A stretch of DNA of 64,000 bases from Oscillospiraceae bacterium. Its GTDB lineage: Bacteria; Bacillota; Clostridia; Oscillospirales; Oscillospiraceae. Where the stretch lies: assembly GCA_017448455.1 (NCBI GenBank), contig JAFSLL010000167.1, forward strand, positions 2,457 to 66,456, given 5' to 3'. Below the pieces are notes generated by a model. That model saw only the letters and a list, made by a program, of their open reading frames with translations, was not told where the DNA came from and did no database searches. Shown piece after piece: positions 40,820-49,408 of this stretch; within the stretch, counting starts at the first letter, position 1; each line of letters begins with the position of its first letter. A program made the position numbers and the translations under genes.

Positions 40820-42538
40820 TCAGAGATTTTTAATCTGATTCTGAATCAGCAGGCCGACGGTATCCGCCAGCTGATCCACCGACTGGATCCGCGCGAAATC
40901 CCTGCCGTAAACCGTCTTCGCCGCGGGCAGGTCCTCATCCTCGCCGGTGAAGACGCAGATCACCGCGATGCCGTCCGCCCGCGCGCGGCGGACCTCATAG
41001 GCCGTGTCCCGGACGCCGTTTTCCTTCTCATAGGGGATGAAGCTGTCGTCGTCCCGGAGATAGATGCGCACCACGTCCTGGGGCTTGACATCGGAGAGGA
41101 TGATCAGCAGGCGGTGCTCGCAGGGGGAGGCGTTCATCAGCTCATGCACCGCCCGGACCGCCAGCCCGTCCCGGTTGCAGCCGTTGGAGACGTAGTCGAA
41201 GATCCGCTCGTTGCGGTTTACCTCATTGTAGTCCCGGTAGATCCGCAGGATCGTGTAGCCGGTCATGGAGCAGAAGGACATCAGCCGGCAGGGAATGCCG
41301 CAGCGGGTCAGCGCCTCGGCGATGCAGCAGGCCTGGCCGGAGATGCTCTCCAGCCGCCCCTGCTGGGAGGTGGAGGCGTCAAGCAGGATATCCACGCTGA
41401 CATCGCCGGCATTGGCGTTCTCGTGCCGGAGAAACACGTCCGGATCGTCCAGCTTCAGCATGCGCCAGACGCGGCCGCCCTCGAGCTCGCCGGCGTTGGC
41501 GCGGACGGTGTACGGCTGCAGATACAGCAGGACGGAGTTCTGGATCTTCTCCGCGAGGCGGGCGATGGCGACGCGGTTGCGCGCCTCGTTCTGATAGAAC
41601 ACGGCCCGGTTGCGGGCGATCTGCGCGGCCTCGCGCTGCTTCTGCAGGGCCTCGAAGGCATTCTGGATGACCGCGGGCTCCGGGTCGCCCCGGGTGATGT
41701 GCAGGTGGCAGTTCAGGTGGTTTCCCGTGCAGAGCCGGCGCTCGAGCGCGGCGGTCTGCTCGGGGTTCAGGACGGACCTGCCGTACTTGCCGGCGATGAA
41801 GGCGCGCAGCTCCTCCGCCGTCAGCGAGGAGGGCCGCGCCATGGGGTCCTCGGGCATCTCGCTGCCGCCGTCAGATGCGTGGGGATGCTCCGCCAGCCCG
41901 ATGCCGAAGGGCCGGAGCTTCGCCTTCCCCCGCCTGCGCTCCTCGCGCCGGTGCAGAAAGGGCAGGCTGAGCGGGTGGTGTTCCCGCGCCTTCTCTTCGG
42001 CGCGGATGTGAAACCACTTCTGCAGCAGGCGCTTCGCCTCTTCCACCAGCGCATCGGTGTCCAGGTCCGGGGAGAACTCCAGCTCGTCCAGAAGTGCAGT
42101 GTCATAGCGCGTCAGCTGCACCGGCAGGCCCAGCACCCGGCGGTAGTGCGCCTTTGCCAGGAAGTCATAGAAGCGGTCGTCCTCGGTGTAGTCCGCGCCG
42201 AAGCGCTCGAGATACTGCCGGGCGTAGTCCCGCCGCAGCGAGAGCAGCACGGGCCGCGCTTCCTGTTCGCGCGCAACCAGCGCGTTTTCCAGCCCCAGCC
42301 AGAGCAGGGCCTCGTAGATGCCCGCGTCCTCTTCCGCCTCCAGCCCCTGAAACAGCTTTTTCAGTTTTCCGTATTCGTAATGCTTATGCGCCAGTCCGAT
42401 GACGGTGTTCCAGTAGAGATCGGCGACACCGTCGAGGGTATAGAACTTAAAATCCGGCGTGAAACCGTAGTCCGCCGCGGCGTTCCAGATGATGTTGTAC
42501 GCGCGCTTTTTCTGCAGCTCCGGGATTTCCGCAATCAT
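40820..42538 (-). CDS. NorD/CobT-like protein with C-terminal von Willebrand factor A domain
   Basis: 572 aa. C-terminal VWA with MIDAS motif VDILLDASTSQQ. The N-terminal region resembles NorD-type activation proteins. Confidence 0.6.
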   Translation of the reverse strand: MIAEIPELQKKRAYNIIWNAAADYGFTPDFKFYTLDGVADLYWNTVIGLAHKHYEYGKLKKLFQGLEAEEDAGIYEALLWLGLENALVAREQEARPVLLSLRRDYARQYLERFGADYTEDDRFYDFLAKAHYRRVLGLPVQLTRYDTALLDELEFSPDLDTDALVEEAKRLLQKWFHIRAEEKAREHHPLSLPFLHRREERRRGKAKLRPFGIGLAEHPHASDGGSEMPEDPMARPSSLTAEELRAFIAGKYGRSVLNPEQTAALERRLCTGNHLNCHLHITRGDPEPAVIQNAFEALQKQREAAQIARNRAVFYQNEARNRVAIARLAEKIQNSVLLYLQPYTVRANAGELEGGRVWRMLKLDDPDVFLRHENANAGDVSVDILLDASTSQQGRLESISGQACCIAEALTRCGIPCRLMSFCSMTGYTILRIYRDYNEVNRNERIFDYVSNGCNRDGLAVRAVHELMNASPCEHRLLIILSDVKPQDVVRIYLRDDDSFIPYEKENGVRDTAYEVRRARADGIAVICVFTGEDEDLPAAKTVYGRDFARIQSVDQLADTVGLLIQNQIKNL

Positions 42539-42656
42539 AGCCAGCCTCCGACAGTCGATGCCTGCATTCTACCACAGACAGGGCCAAAATAAAAGGCCCC
42601 CGCAGCAGGAAGGACCTGCGGGAGCCGAAGGAAAAAATGAAAAGATTCCGGAAAGA

Positions 42657-43490
42657 TCAGCCTTTGACCGCGCCGGCGATGAAGCTCTCCTGAATGCGCT
42701 TGCTCAGGAAGACGTATACCAGCAGGGTCGGGAAGGTGGCCAGCACCAGCGCCGCGCCGATGGGGCCCCAGTTGGTGGTGTACTGGCCGGAGAGGGCCTG
42801 CACGCCGACGGGGAGGGTCTTCAGCGCCGTCTTGCTGATGAAGATGTTGGCAAACATCAGCTCGTTCCAGCACTGCAGGAAGGTGTAGATGCCGACCGTG
42901 GCCACCGCGGGTTTCATGAGCGGAACGATCACGCGGAAGAAGATCCCCCAGACGTTGCAGCCGTCGATGCAGGCGGACTCATCCAGCTCGCGCGGGATTT
43001 CATTCATGAAGCCCGTGCAGACCAGAATCGCCATCGCCAGCGAGAAGGCGGAATACGGGATGATCAGCGCCCAGTAGGTATTGAGCATGTGCAGACGGGA
43101 GAGTGTCACATACACCGGGACGATCGAGGCATGGATCGGAATCGTGAGACCGAGCATGAAGAACTTGTTGAGGTTCTTCCGCTGCTTCCAGATCAGGCGC
43201 GTCAGGGCGAAGGTCGCCATCAGCGCCACGGCCAGGGTGATCAGGATGGTGGCCACCGCCACGATGGTGCTGTTGAGGAAGTACTTGGCCATGTTGCCGG
43301 TGCTCAGGGCACTGGTGTAGTTGGACCAGAGCCAGTTCTTCGGGAGGCCGATGACGTTGCTGCCGAAGATTTCCTCGTTGTTCTTCAGCGAGAAGGTGAA
43401 CATCCAGTAGACCGGGAAGAGGTTGATGATCATCCAGAGGATCAGGCCGGCATAGATGGCGATTCGCGCGCCTCTGCTGTTGTTTTTCAT
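42657..43490 (-). CDS. Carbohydrate ABC transporter permease
   Basis: Polytopic, with EAA loop LDESACIDGCNVWGIFFRVIVP. Confidence 0.85.
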   Translation of the reverse strand: MKNNSRGARIAIYAGLILWMIINLFPVYWMFTFSLKNNEEIFGSNVIGLPKNWLWSNYTSALSTGNMAKYFLNSTIVAVATILITLAVALMATFALTRLIWKQRKNLNKFFMLGLTIPIHASIVPVYVTLSRLHMLNTYWALIIPYSAFSLAMAILVCTGFMNEIPRELDESACIDGCNVWGIFFRVIVPLMKPAVATVGIYTFLQCWNELMFANIFISKTALKTLPVGVQALSGQYTTNWGPIGAALVLATFPTLLVYVFLSKRIQESFIAGAVKG

Positions 43491-43494
43491 GCCG

Positions 43495-44373
43495 TCAGTC
43501 CTCCTCTCTGAAGATCGCGCTGATCAGCAGGGCAAAGCCGAAGCAGAGGATGATCAGCATGACCGCGATGGTGCTTCCCATGCCGTAGCGGTTGCGCTGG
43601 AAGAGCATGTTTATCATCAGGGTGCTCGGCACTTCCGTCGCGTGCAGAGGACCGCCGTTAGTCAGAACATAGATCAGGTCGAAGGACTTCAGAGAGCCCG
43701 TGACCGCGAAGATGACGCTGATGCGGAGAATGGGTTTGATGTAGGGCAGGACAATGTAGCGGTTGACCTGTCCGTCCGAGGCACCGTCGAGCATGGCGGC
43801 TTCCCGGAGCTCTGTCGGGACGCTCTTGACCCCGGCGTAGAGCAGCAGCATGTGGTAGCCGACGTACTGCCAGAGTGTCGGCACAAAGACCGCGCCGAGG
43901 GCCGTCTGCTTGGAGCCGAGCCAGATCCGGGTCCAGCTCTCCAGACCGACCGCGCGCAGGAAGACATTCAGAATGCCGTAATCGGGATTGTAGATCTTCA
44001 GCCAGAGCTGACCGATGACCACGGTGGAGATCAGAACAGGCATGAAGTAGACGGAGAGGAAGAGCCTCTCGCCTTTGATTTTCTTCCCCAGCGTCAGCGC
44101 CAGGCCGAGCGCCAGCGGAAGCTGCAGAAACACCGAGAGGGCGGCGAGCAGCAGTGAGTTGCCCAGCGCCTTCATAAAGCCGATGGAGTTGCTGGTAAAC
44201 AGTTCCTTGTAGTTGGAGAGCCCGATGAAGGTCTGTTTGCCGATCCCGTTCCAGTCGAAGAAGCTGAACCAGGCAGAGGCGCCGATCGGCGCGATCAGCA
44301 CGCCGCAGAAGAGGATCAGCGCCGGCAGCAGAAAGATCAGGATATGCCATTTGTTGCTGTATAGCTTTTTCAT
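43495..44373 (-). CDS. Sugar ABC transporter permease
   Basis: Polytopic, with EAA loop LREAAMLDGASDGQVNRYIVLP. Confidence 0.85.
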   Translation of the reverse strand: MKKLYSNKWHILIFLLPALILFCGVLIAPIGASAWFSFFDWNGIGKQTFIGLSNYKELFTSNSIGFMKALGNSLLLAALSVFLQLPLALGLALTLGKKIKGERLFLSVYFMPVLISTVVIGQLWLKIYNPDYGILNVFLRAVGLESWTRIWLGSKQTALGAVFVPTLWQYVGYHMLLLYAGVKSVPTELREAAMLDGASDGQVNRYIVLPYIKPILRISVIFAVTGSLKSFDLIYVLTNGGPLHATEVPSTLMINMLFQRNRYGMGSTIAVMLIILCFGFALLISAIFREED

Positions 44374-44474
44374 AATCTGCGTATCTCCCTCACTTCAGGG
44401 AGGCGGCGCTCCCCGGGCATGGCCGGGAAGTGCCGCCTTTGTTATTGCGTATCTGCGGGGACGGTGACGGGGAA

Positions 44475-45800
44475 TCAGCCGAGGTCAGCCGTCAGGCCGG
44501 AGACGAAGGCATCGCCGTCAATCTCGCAGCCGTAGACCTGCGCAACATACTCCAGATAAGTGTAGGCCGGGTCAGCGCTCATGGCGGTGTCGCCGAAGAG
44601 CACCATGCCGTCGGAGTTGGCGACGATGTCGGCAACCGCGGCAACCAGAGGCTTCACTGCGCTGGTGTCATAGTCGGGCGTCCAGGCGGGCAGACCGGAG
44701 CCGGCCAGATAGCCGTAGTGGCAGATCGCCTTGCCGAGCTCGAAAGCGGCGGAGGCGGCCAGTTCCGCGTTCTTGGAGGAAGCGGCAACGGCGAGGGAGT
44801 CGGACGGGCCGCCGATGACCTGGCCGTAGGTGGCGCGGTCAGCATTCATGACGGGGAAGAGCGCAGCCTGCGGGGTGAAGAGATCCTGGTCGTTGATCTC
44901 ACCGCAGTTCCAGGAGCCGTTCTGATAGAAGGCATACTGGCCGGCGATGAAGTTGGCCTTGACCTGGTCATTGCCGATGGCCATGCCGTTGGGATCGAAG
45001 TAGTTCTTCTTGACCATATCCTGGAAGTTGTTGACGGCAGTTGCGATGTCCGGATCGTTCCAGGTGGCGCGGCCGGCGAAGATCTCGTTCATGTCTTCAA
45101 AACCGATGGTCTTCTCGATGATGGGCTCGAGGTACTCGGTGACGCACCAGGTGTCGGCGCTGCCGGCGGCGCAGCCGAAGGGGATCTTGCCGGCGGCCAC
45201 GAGCGCGTCGCAGCAGGCGGTCAGATCTTCATAGGTCTGGGGAACATGGTCCCAGCCGACCTCGGCCAGCATGTCCATATTGGCGAAGAGGGTGACGATG
45301 TTGTAGGTCAGCGGAACCGCATAGTGGCTGCCGCCGTAGGAGGCGTTCTGGAGCATCACTTCGGGCAGGTCGCCGGCGAAGGGCTTGTAGGCCTCATCCA
45401 GGCAGTAGACGTTGCCGGCATCGACAAAGTCGCCCAGGAAGGCGCCGGACCAGGTGAAGAAGATGTCGGGCAGGGTCTCGGGGTCGCTCATGGCAGCCTT
45501 GATCTTGGTCTTGTAGGAGTTGTTCTCAAAAGCTTCCCACTCGATCTTGATGTCGGGGTGATTGGCCTCGAACTCGGCAATGGCGGCCTCGTAGGCGGGG
45601 CGGTTGGCGTCGGACTCGGTGGCGATGCACCAGAGCGTCAGGACCGTCTGGTCGGCAGAAGCCTCGGCGGCGGGAGCGGCCTCAGCGGCAGGGGCCTCGG
45701 CAGGGGCTGCCTCGGTGGCAGCGGGCGCTGCGGACTGGCCGCAGGCGGCAAGGGCAAAGATCATGCAAAGAGCCAGGGCAAGCGCAAAAATCTTTTTCAT
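44475..45800 (-). CDS. ABC transporter solute-binding lipoprotein (sugar type)
   Basis: MKKIFALALALCMIFALAACGQ lipobox and an Ala/Glu/Pro linker. ATG at 45798-45800 with GGAGGA upstream. Confidence 0.85.
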   Translation of the reverse strand: MKKIFALALALCMIFALAACGQSAAPAATEAAPAEAPAAEAAPAAEASADQTVLTLWCIATESDANRPAYEAAIAEFEANHPDIKIEWEAFENNSYKTKIKAAMSDPETLPDIFFTWSGAFLGDFVDAGNVYCLDEAYKPFAGDLPEVMLQNASYGGSHYAVPLTYNIVTLFANMDMLAEVGWDHVPQTYEDLTACCDALVAAGKIPFGCAAGSADTWCVTEYLEPIIEKTIGFEDMNEIFAGRATWNDPDIATAVNNFQDMVKKNYFDPNGMAIGNDQVKANFIAGQYAFYQNGSWNCGEINDQDLFTPQAALFPVMNADRATYGQVIGGPSDSLAVAASSKNAELAASAAFELGKAICHYGYLAGSGLPAWTPDYDTSAVKPLVAAVADIVANSDGMVLFGDTAMSADPAYTYLEYVAQVYGCEIDGDAFVSGLTADLG

Positions 45801-45954
45801 GGGTATCCTCCTTCTTTTTTGTTCCTTTTTTGATTTCTTTATCAAGACCCGGCAGCGGTGTCGGCGGCCTTCGCCCAATCCGGCGGCCGACGGTTCCCCT
45901 CCGAGATCTCTACAGTTTTCCGCGCGGCGGATGCCACGCGCGCGGTTCTGCGGC

Positions 45955-48048
45955 TTACCCGACGATTCGGGTTTCGGCCGCCTTTCGGCCGGTCAGCGCC
46001 TCGGTGCGTCTGTCCGGCGCGCCGAAGCCGGCGTACAGCGTCCAGCTGCCGCTGCCGGGGATGCGGTTTCCGGCCTCATCCACCACGGTCAGCGCGAGGG
46101 GGCTGATCCCGACGGTAAACTCCGCTTCCTCCCCCGCCCGCAGGTGCACCCTGCGGAAGCCGCAGAGGACCGGGTTCGGCGGGGCCAGAGGGGATTCCGT
46201 GTCGCGCAGGTAGAGCTCGATCACCTCGTCGGTGTCGGCGCTGCCTTCGTTCTTCACCCGGACCGCGGCGCTCTCCCGGGTCGCTTCCAGCCCGGTAACG
46301 GTGCAGCGGCTGTAGCTCAGGCCGTAGCCGAAGGGATAGAGCGCTTCGCCCTGATAGTAGCGGTAGGTGCGGTTTCGCATGGAGTAGTCCGTGAAGGCGG
46401 GCAGCTCCGCAAGGGCGCTGTCGCGGTAGAAGGTGACCGGGAGCTTCCCCGAGGGGGAGACCTCACCGAAGAGGATCTTCGCGACTTCCGCGCCGCCTTC
46501 CGCGCCCGGATACCAGGACAGGAGCACCGCGCCGGCGGACTCCTCGGCGGGAGAGAGGTCAATCGCGCTGCCGGCCATCAGGATCACGGCGGTCGGCTTT
46601 CCGACGGCGAGGACGCGCTCAAGCAGCAGCCGCTGCGGGGCCGGGAGGAGCAGGTCGGGCTTGTCGCCGGAGTAATAGCTGTTGCCGGTGTCCCCCTCTT
46701 CCCCTTCCAGGGTCTCGTCCAGGCCGAGGACGAGGATCACGGTGTCACTCGCCTTCGCGACCGCGACGGCTTCGGCCAGCCGGTCGTTGGGGAGCGCGAG
46801 CGGTTCCACGCGGTCGCCGCTCAGGCCGCAGCCTTCGGAATACAGCACCCGGCACTTCCCCGCCGTCCGGTCCTGGATCCCCTCCAGCACCGTGGTGTAG
46901 CGGGAGGCGGTACCGTGGTAGTTGCCGATCAGCGCCGCGCGGCTGTTCGCGTTCGGCCCGATGACGCCCAACGTGCCGCAGCGCGCCGGATCCAGCGGGA
47001 GCAGGCCGTCGTTCTTCAGCAGGACGCAGGCCTCGCGCGCCGCCTTCCGGGCGAGGGCGAGGTGCTCCTCACACCCGATCACCGAGTAGGGAATGCTGTC
47101 GTATTCGCTGCCTTCCTCCCCGAGGGTCCCGAGCAGGAAGCGCGTGGTAAAGAGGCGCACGGCCGAGCGGGTGATGTCCTCTTCGCTGATCATCCCGAGC
47201 TCAAAGGCGTGCATGATATGCTGGTAGGTGCAGCCGCAGTTGAGGTCGCAGCCGGCCTTCAGCGCCATGGTCACCGACTCCACGGGAGCCGAGGTGACCT
47301 TATGATTCTCATGGAAGTCGCGGATGGCCCAGCAGTCGGAGACGAAGTGGCCTTCAAAGCCCCATTCGCCGCGCAGCTTTTCCATCAGCATTCCGCTGGC
47401 GCAGCAGGGTTCGCCGTTTGTGCGGTTATAGGCGCCCATGACCGCCTCGACCTTCGCGTCCCGGACCAGCGCCCGGAAGGCGGGGAGGTAGGTCTCCTCC
47501 AGGTCCTTCGGGGAGGCGAGGGCGTTAAAGCGGTGGCGCAGCTCCTCCGGGCCGCTGTGGACCGCGAAGTGCTTGGCGCAGGCGGTGGTCTTCAGGGTCT
47601 CCCCCTTCCCCTGCAGGCCCTTCACAAAGGCCGTGCCGAGGCGGGAGGTGAGATACGGATCCTCGCCGTAGGTCTCGTGGCCGCGTCCCCAGCGGGGATC
47701 GCGGAAAATATTGATGTTGGGCGACCACATGGTCAGCCCGTGGTAGATATCCCGGTCGCCTTCGGCGGAGAGGGCGTTGTACTTCGCCCGGGCCTCATCG
47801 CCGATCGCGGAGGCGATCTCCTCCAGCAGCGCGTCGTCAAACATGGCCGCGAGGCCGATCGCCTGCGGGAAGACCGTCGCCGAGCCGCCGCGGGCGAGGC
47901 CGTGCAGCGCCTCGTTCCACCAGTTATAGGCGGGAACGCCGAGCCGCTCCACCGCCGGAGAATCAAAGCGAAGCTGCGAGGCCCGCTCTTCCACCGTCAT
48001 GCGGCTGACCAGTTCTTCCGCCAGCGCCCTGGCCTGCTCACGCGTCAT
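45955..48048 (-). CDS. Glycoside hydrolase family 3 (beta-glucosidase/beta-xylosidase-like)
   Basis: N-terminal ...MTVEERASQL...GVPAYNWWNEALHG, KHFAVHSGPE, and GFEGHFVSDCWAI (nucleophile Asp region). Size about 700 aa. Confidence 0.85.
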   Translation of the reverse strand: MTREQARALAEELVSRMTVEERASQLRFDSPAVERLGVPAYNWWNEALHGLARGGSATVFPQAIGLAAMFDDALLEEIASAIGDEARAKYNALSAEGDRDIYHGLTMWSPNINIFRDPRWGRGHETYGEDPYLTSRLGTAFVKGLQGKGETLKTTACAKHFAVHSGPEELRHRFNALASPKDLEETYLPAFRALVRDAKVEAVMGAYNRTNGEPCCASGMLMEKLRGEWGFEGHFVSDCWAIRDFHENHKVTSAPVESVTMALKAGCDLNCGCTYQHIMHAFELGMISEEDITRSAVRLFTTRFLLGTLGEEGSEYDSIPYSVIGCEEHLALARKAAREACVLLKNDGLLPLDPARCGTLGVIGPNANSRAALIGNYHGTASRYTTVLEGIQDRTAGKCRVLYSEGCGLSGDRVEPLALPNDRLAEAVAVAKASDTVILVLGLDETLEGEEGDTGNSYYSGDKPDLLLPAPQRLLLERVLAVGKPTAVILMAGSAIDLSPAEESAGAVLLSWYPGAEGGAEVAKILFGEVSPSGKLPVTFYRDSALAELPAFTDYSMRNRTYRYYQGEALYPFGYGLSYSRCTVTGLEATRESAAVRVKNEGSADTDEVIELYLRDTESPLAPPNPVLCGFRRVHLRAGEEAEFTVGISPLALTVVDEAGNRIPGSGSWTLYAGFGAPDRRTEALTGRKAAETRIVG

Positions 48049-48084
48049 CTGCTCCCGTTCCTTTCCGCGGAGGCTTCTCCGCTG

Positions 48085-49092
48085 TCACTGTCCATCGATC
48101 TGTCTGACCGTACCGCCCTCCAGCAGCTGTCCCTTTACCACGATGTATTCCGCCGGGGTCGTCCGGGGGTTCTCGATCCGGAGAACCAGCTTCTCCGCTG
48201 CGATCTTCCCCAGGTCATCCGCGTTCTGGCGCCAGGTGGTCAGCCGGGGGCTCAGCATACCGGCGAGATGGATGCCGTCGTAGCCCATGATGGAGATATC
48301 CTCGGGGATGTGCAGGCCCGCCTCCAGAATGGCGTTGATGCCGCCGATGCCGGAATAATCGTCCGAAAACAGGATGCAGGTCGGCCGGTCCCGCAGGGCA
48401 AGCAGTTTCTTCGTGGCCTCGCTGCAGCCTCTGGGCTCGTGATACTCACATTCCATCATATATTCATCCGGGATATTCAGCCCCAGTTCCTCACAGGTGC
48501 GGTAGAAGCCGGTCAGGCGGTTCTCGGTCACAGCGGTCGGATTGCCGCGGATGTAGGCGATCTTCCGGTGTCCTTTCTCATAAGCGTAGCGGACCAGCGT
48601 TTCCATGCCGATTATGTTGTCGGACAGCACCGCCGTGCGGTTGTTGAAGGCGTGGTCCAGCGTGACCACCGGGATGTCGGAGCTGACCAGCTCCTGCACC
48701 TGGGGCGAGAAGAAGTCCGCGCAGATCAGCGCGACGCCGTCAACCGCGCGGTAGAGCGCGTGCTGCAGGTAGCTGGTGCCCTCCCCGCCGACGCCGCGGT
48801 TCAGGAAGGTGATGTCATAGCCGAAGCGTTCCGCCTCGAAACGGAAGCTGTTCAGGATCGCCGCGAAGTACTCATGCATGAAACCGCTGTTCTGCAGATC
48901 CTCAAACACGATGCCCAGGTTATAGGTGCGGTTGGTCTTCAGCGCCCGGGCGACATAATTGCCGGTGTAGCCCAGCTCCTTCGCCGCGGCGATGATCTTC
49001 TCCCGGGTCGCCTGCCCGATATCCGTCTGGCCGCTGAGGGCCTTGCTGACGGTTGCCACGGAGACGCCGCAATGATTCGCGATGTCCTTCAT
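48085..49092 (-). CDS. LacI family transcriptional regulator
   Basis: MKDIANHCGVSVATVSKALSG HTH plus a periplasmic-binding-protein-like sugar-binding core. The track ORF extends to a GTG at 49110, so the exact start is uncertain. Confidence 0.85.
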   Translation of the reverse strand: MKDIANHCGVSVATVSKALSGQTDIGQATREKIIAAAKELGYTGNYVARALKTNRTYNLGIVFEDLQNSGFMHEYFAAILNSFRFEAERFGYDITFLNRGVGGEGTSYLQHALYRAVDGVALICADFFSPQVQELVSSDIPVVTLDHAFNNRTAVLSDNIIGMETLVRYAYEKGHRKIAYIRGNPTAVTENRLTGFYRTCEELGLNIPDEYMMECEYHEPRGCSEATKKLLALRDRPTCILFSDDYSGIGGINAILEAGLHIPEDISIMGYDGIHLAGMLSPRLTTWRQNADDLGKIAAEKLVLRIENPRTTPAEYIVVKGQLLEGGTVRQIDGQ

Positions 49093-49126
49093 GGAAACCA
49101 CAGCCGGCACCCCCTAAAAACTTTAC

Positions 49127-49138
49127 TTAATCGATTTC
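49127..49138. promoter_or_regulatory. Candidate LacI-type operator 1
   Basis: TTAATCGATTTC (10 of 12 to the palindrome GAAATCGATTTC), in the 5' region of the LacI gene. Confidence 0.35.
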
Positions 49139-49377
49139 GCACCTAAATCATAGCGCGAAATTCCCCTGTTTGCAAGAGCAAATTGGCGGATCTTCCATTT
49201 TTGGCGCATTTAGACAAACTTGGTTGTCGATTTTTGTGCATTTTGTATAGGAGCTTGTTCGGGGCCTGTATCGGCGGTGTCTGTTTTCGAAACTCCCGCG
49301 AAAAATTATGCCCGTTTTTTTGAAAAAAATATTGCTTTTCGGAAAAGATTGCGCTATCCTAAACAGGAAACAGGCCC

Positions 49378-49389
49378 TTAAACGATTTC
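49378..49389. promoter_or_regulatory. Candidate LacI-type operator 2
   Basis: TTAAACGATTTC shares A(A/T)CGATTTCG with site 1. It lies 8 nt upstream of the GH94 RBS (AAGGAG). Confidence 0.35.
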
Positions 49390-49408
49390 GGTAAGGAGCA
49401 AGACAATC

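Noticed and set aside
39905-42592. 895-aa ORF antisense to the VanY paralogue and the VWA gene
   Set aside because: It crosses an intergenic gap between two well-supported minus-strand genes. It has no motif and a GC-shadow composition.
45604-49146. 1180-aa plus-strand ORF spanning the SBP, GH3 and LacI genes
   Set aside because: It runs antisense to three genes with clear family signatures and coherent operon structure. Its composition is Ala/Gly/Arg-rich low complexity, and no start context supports it.
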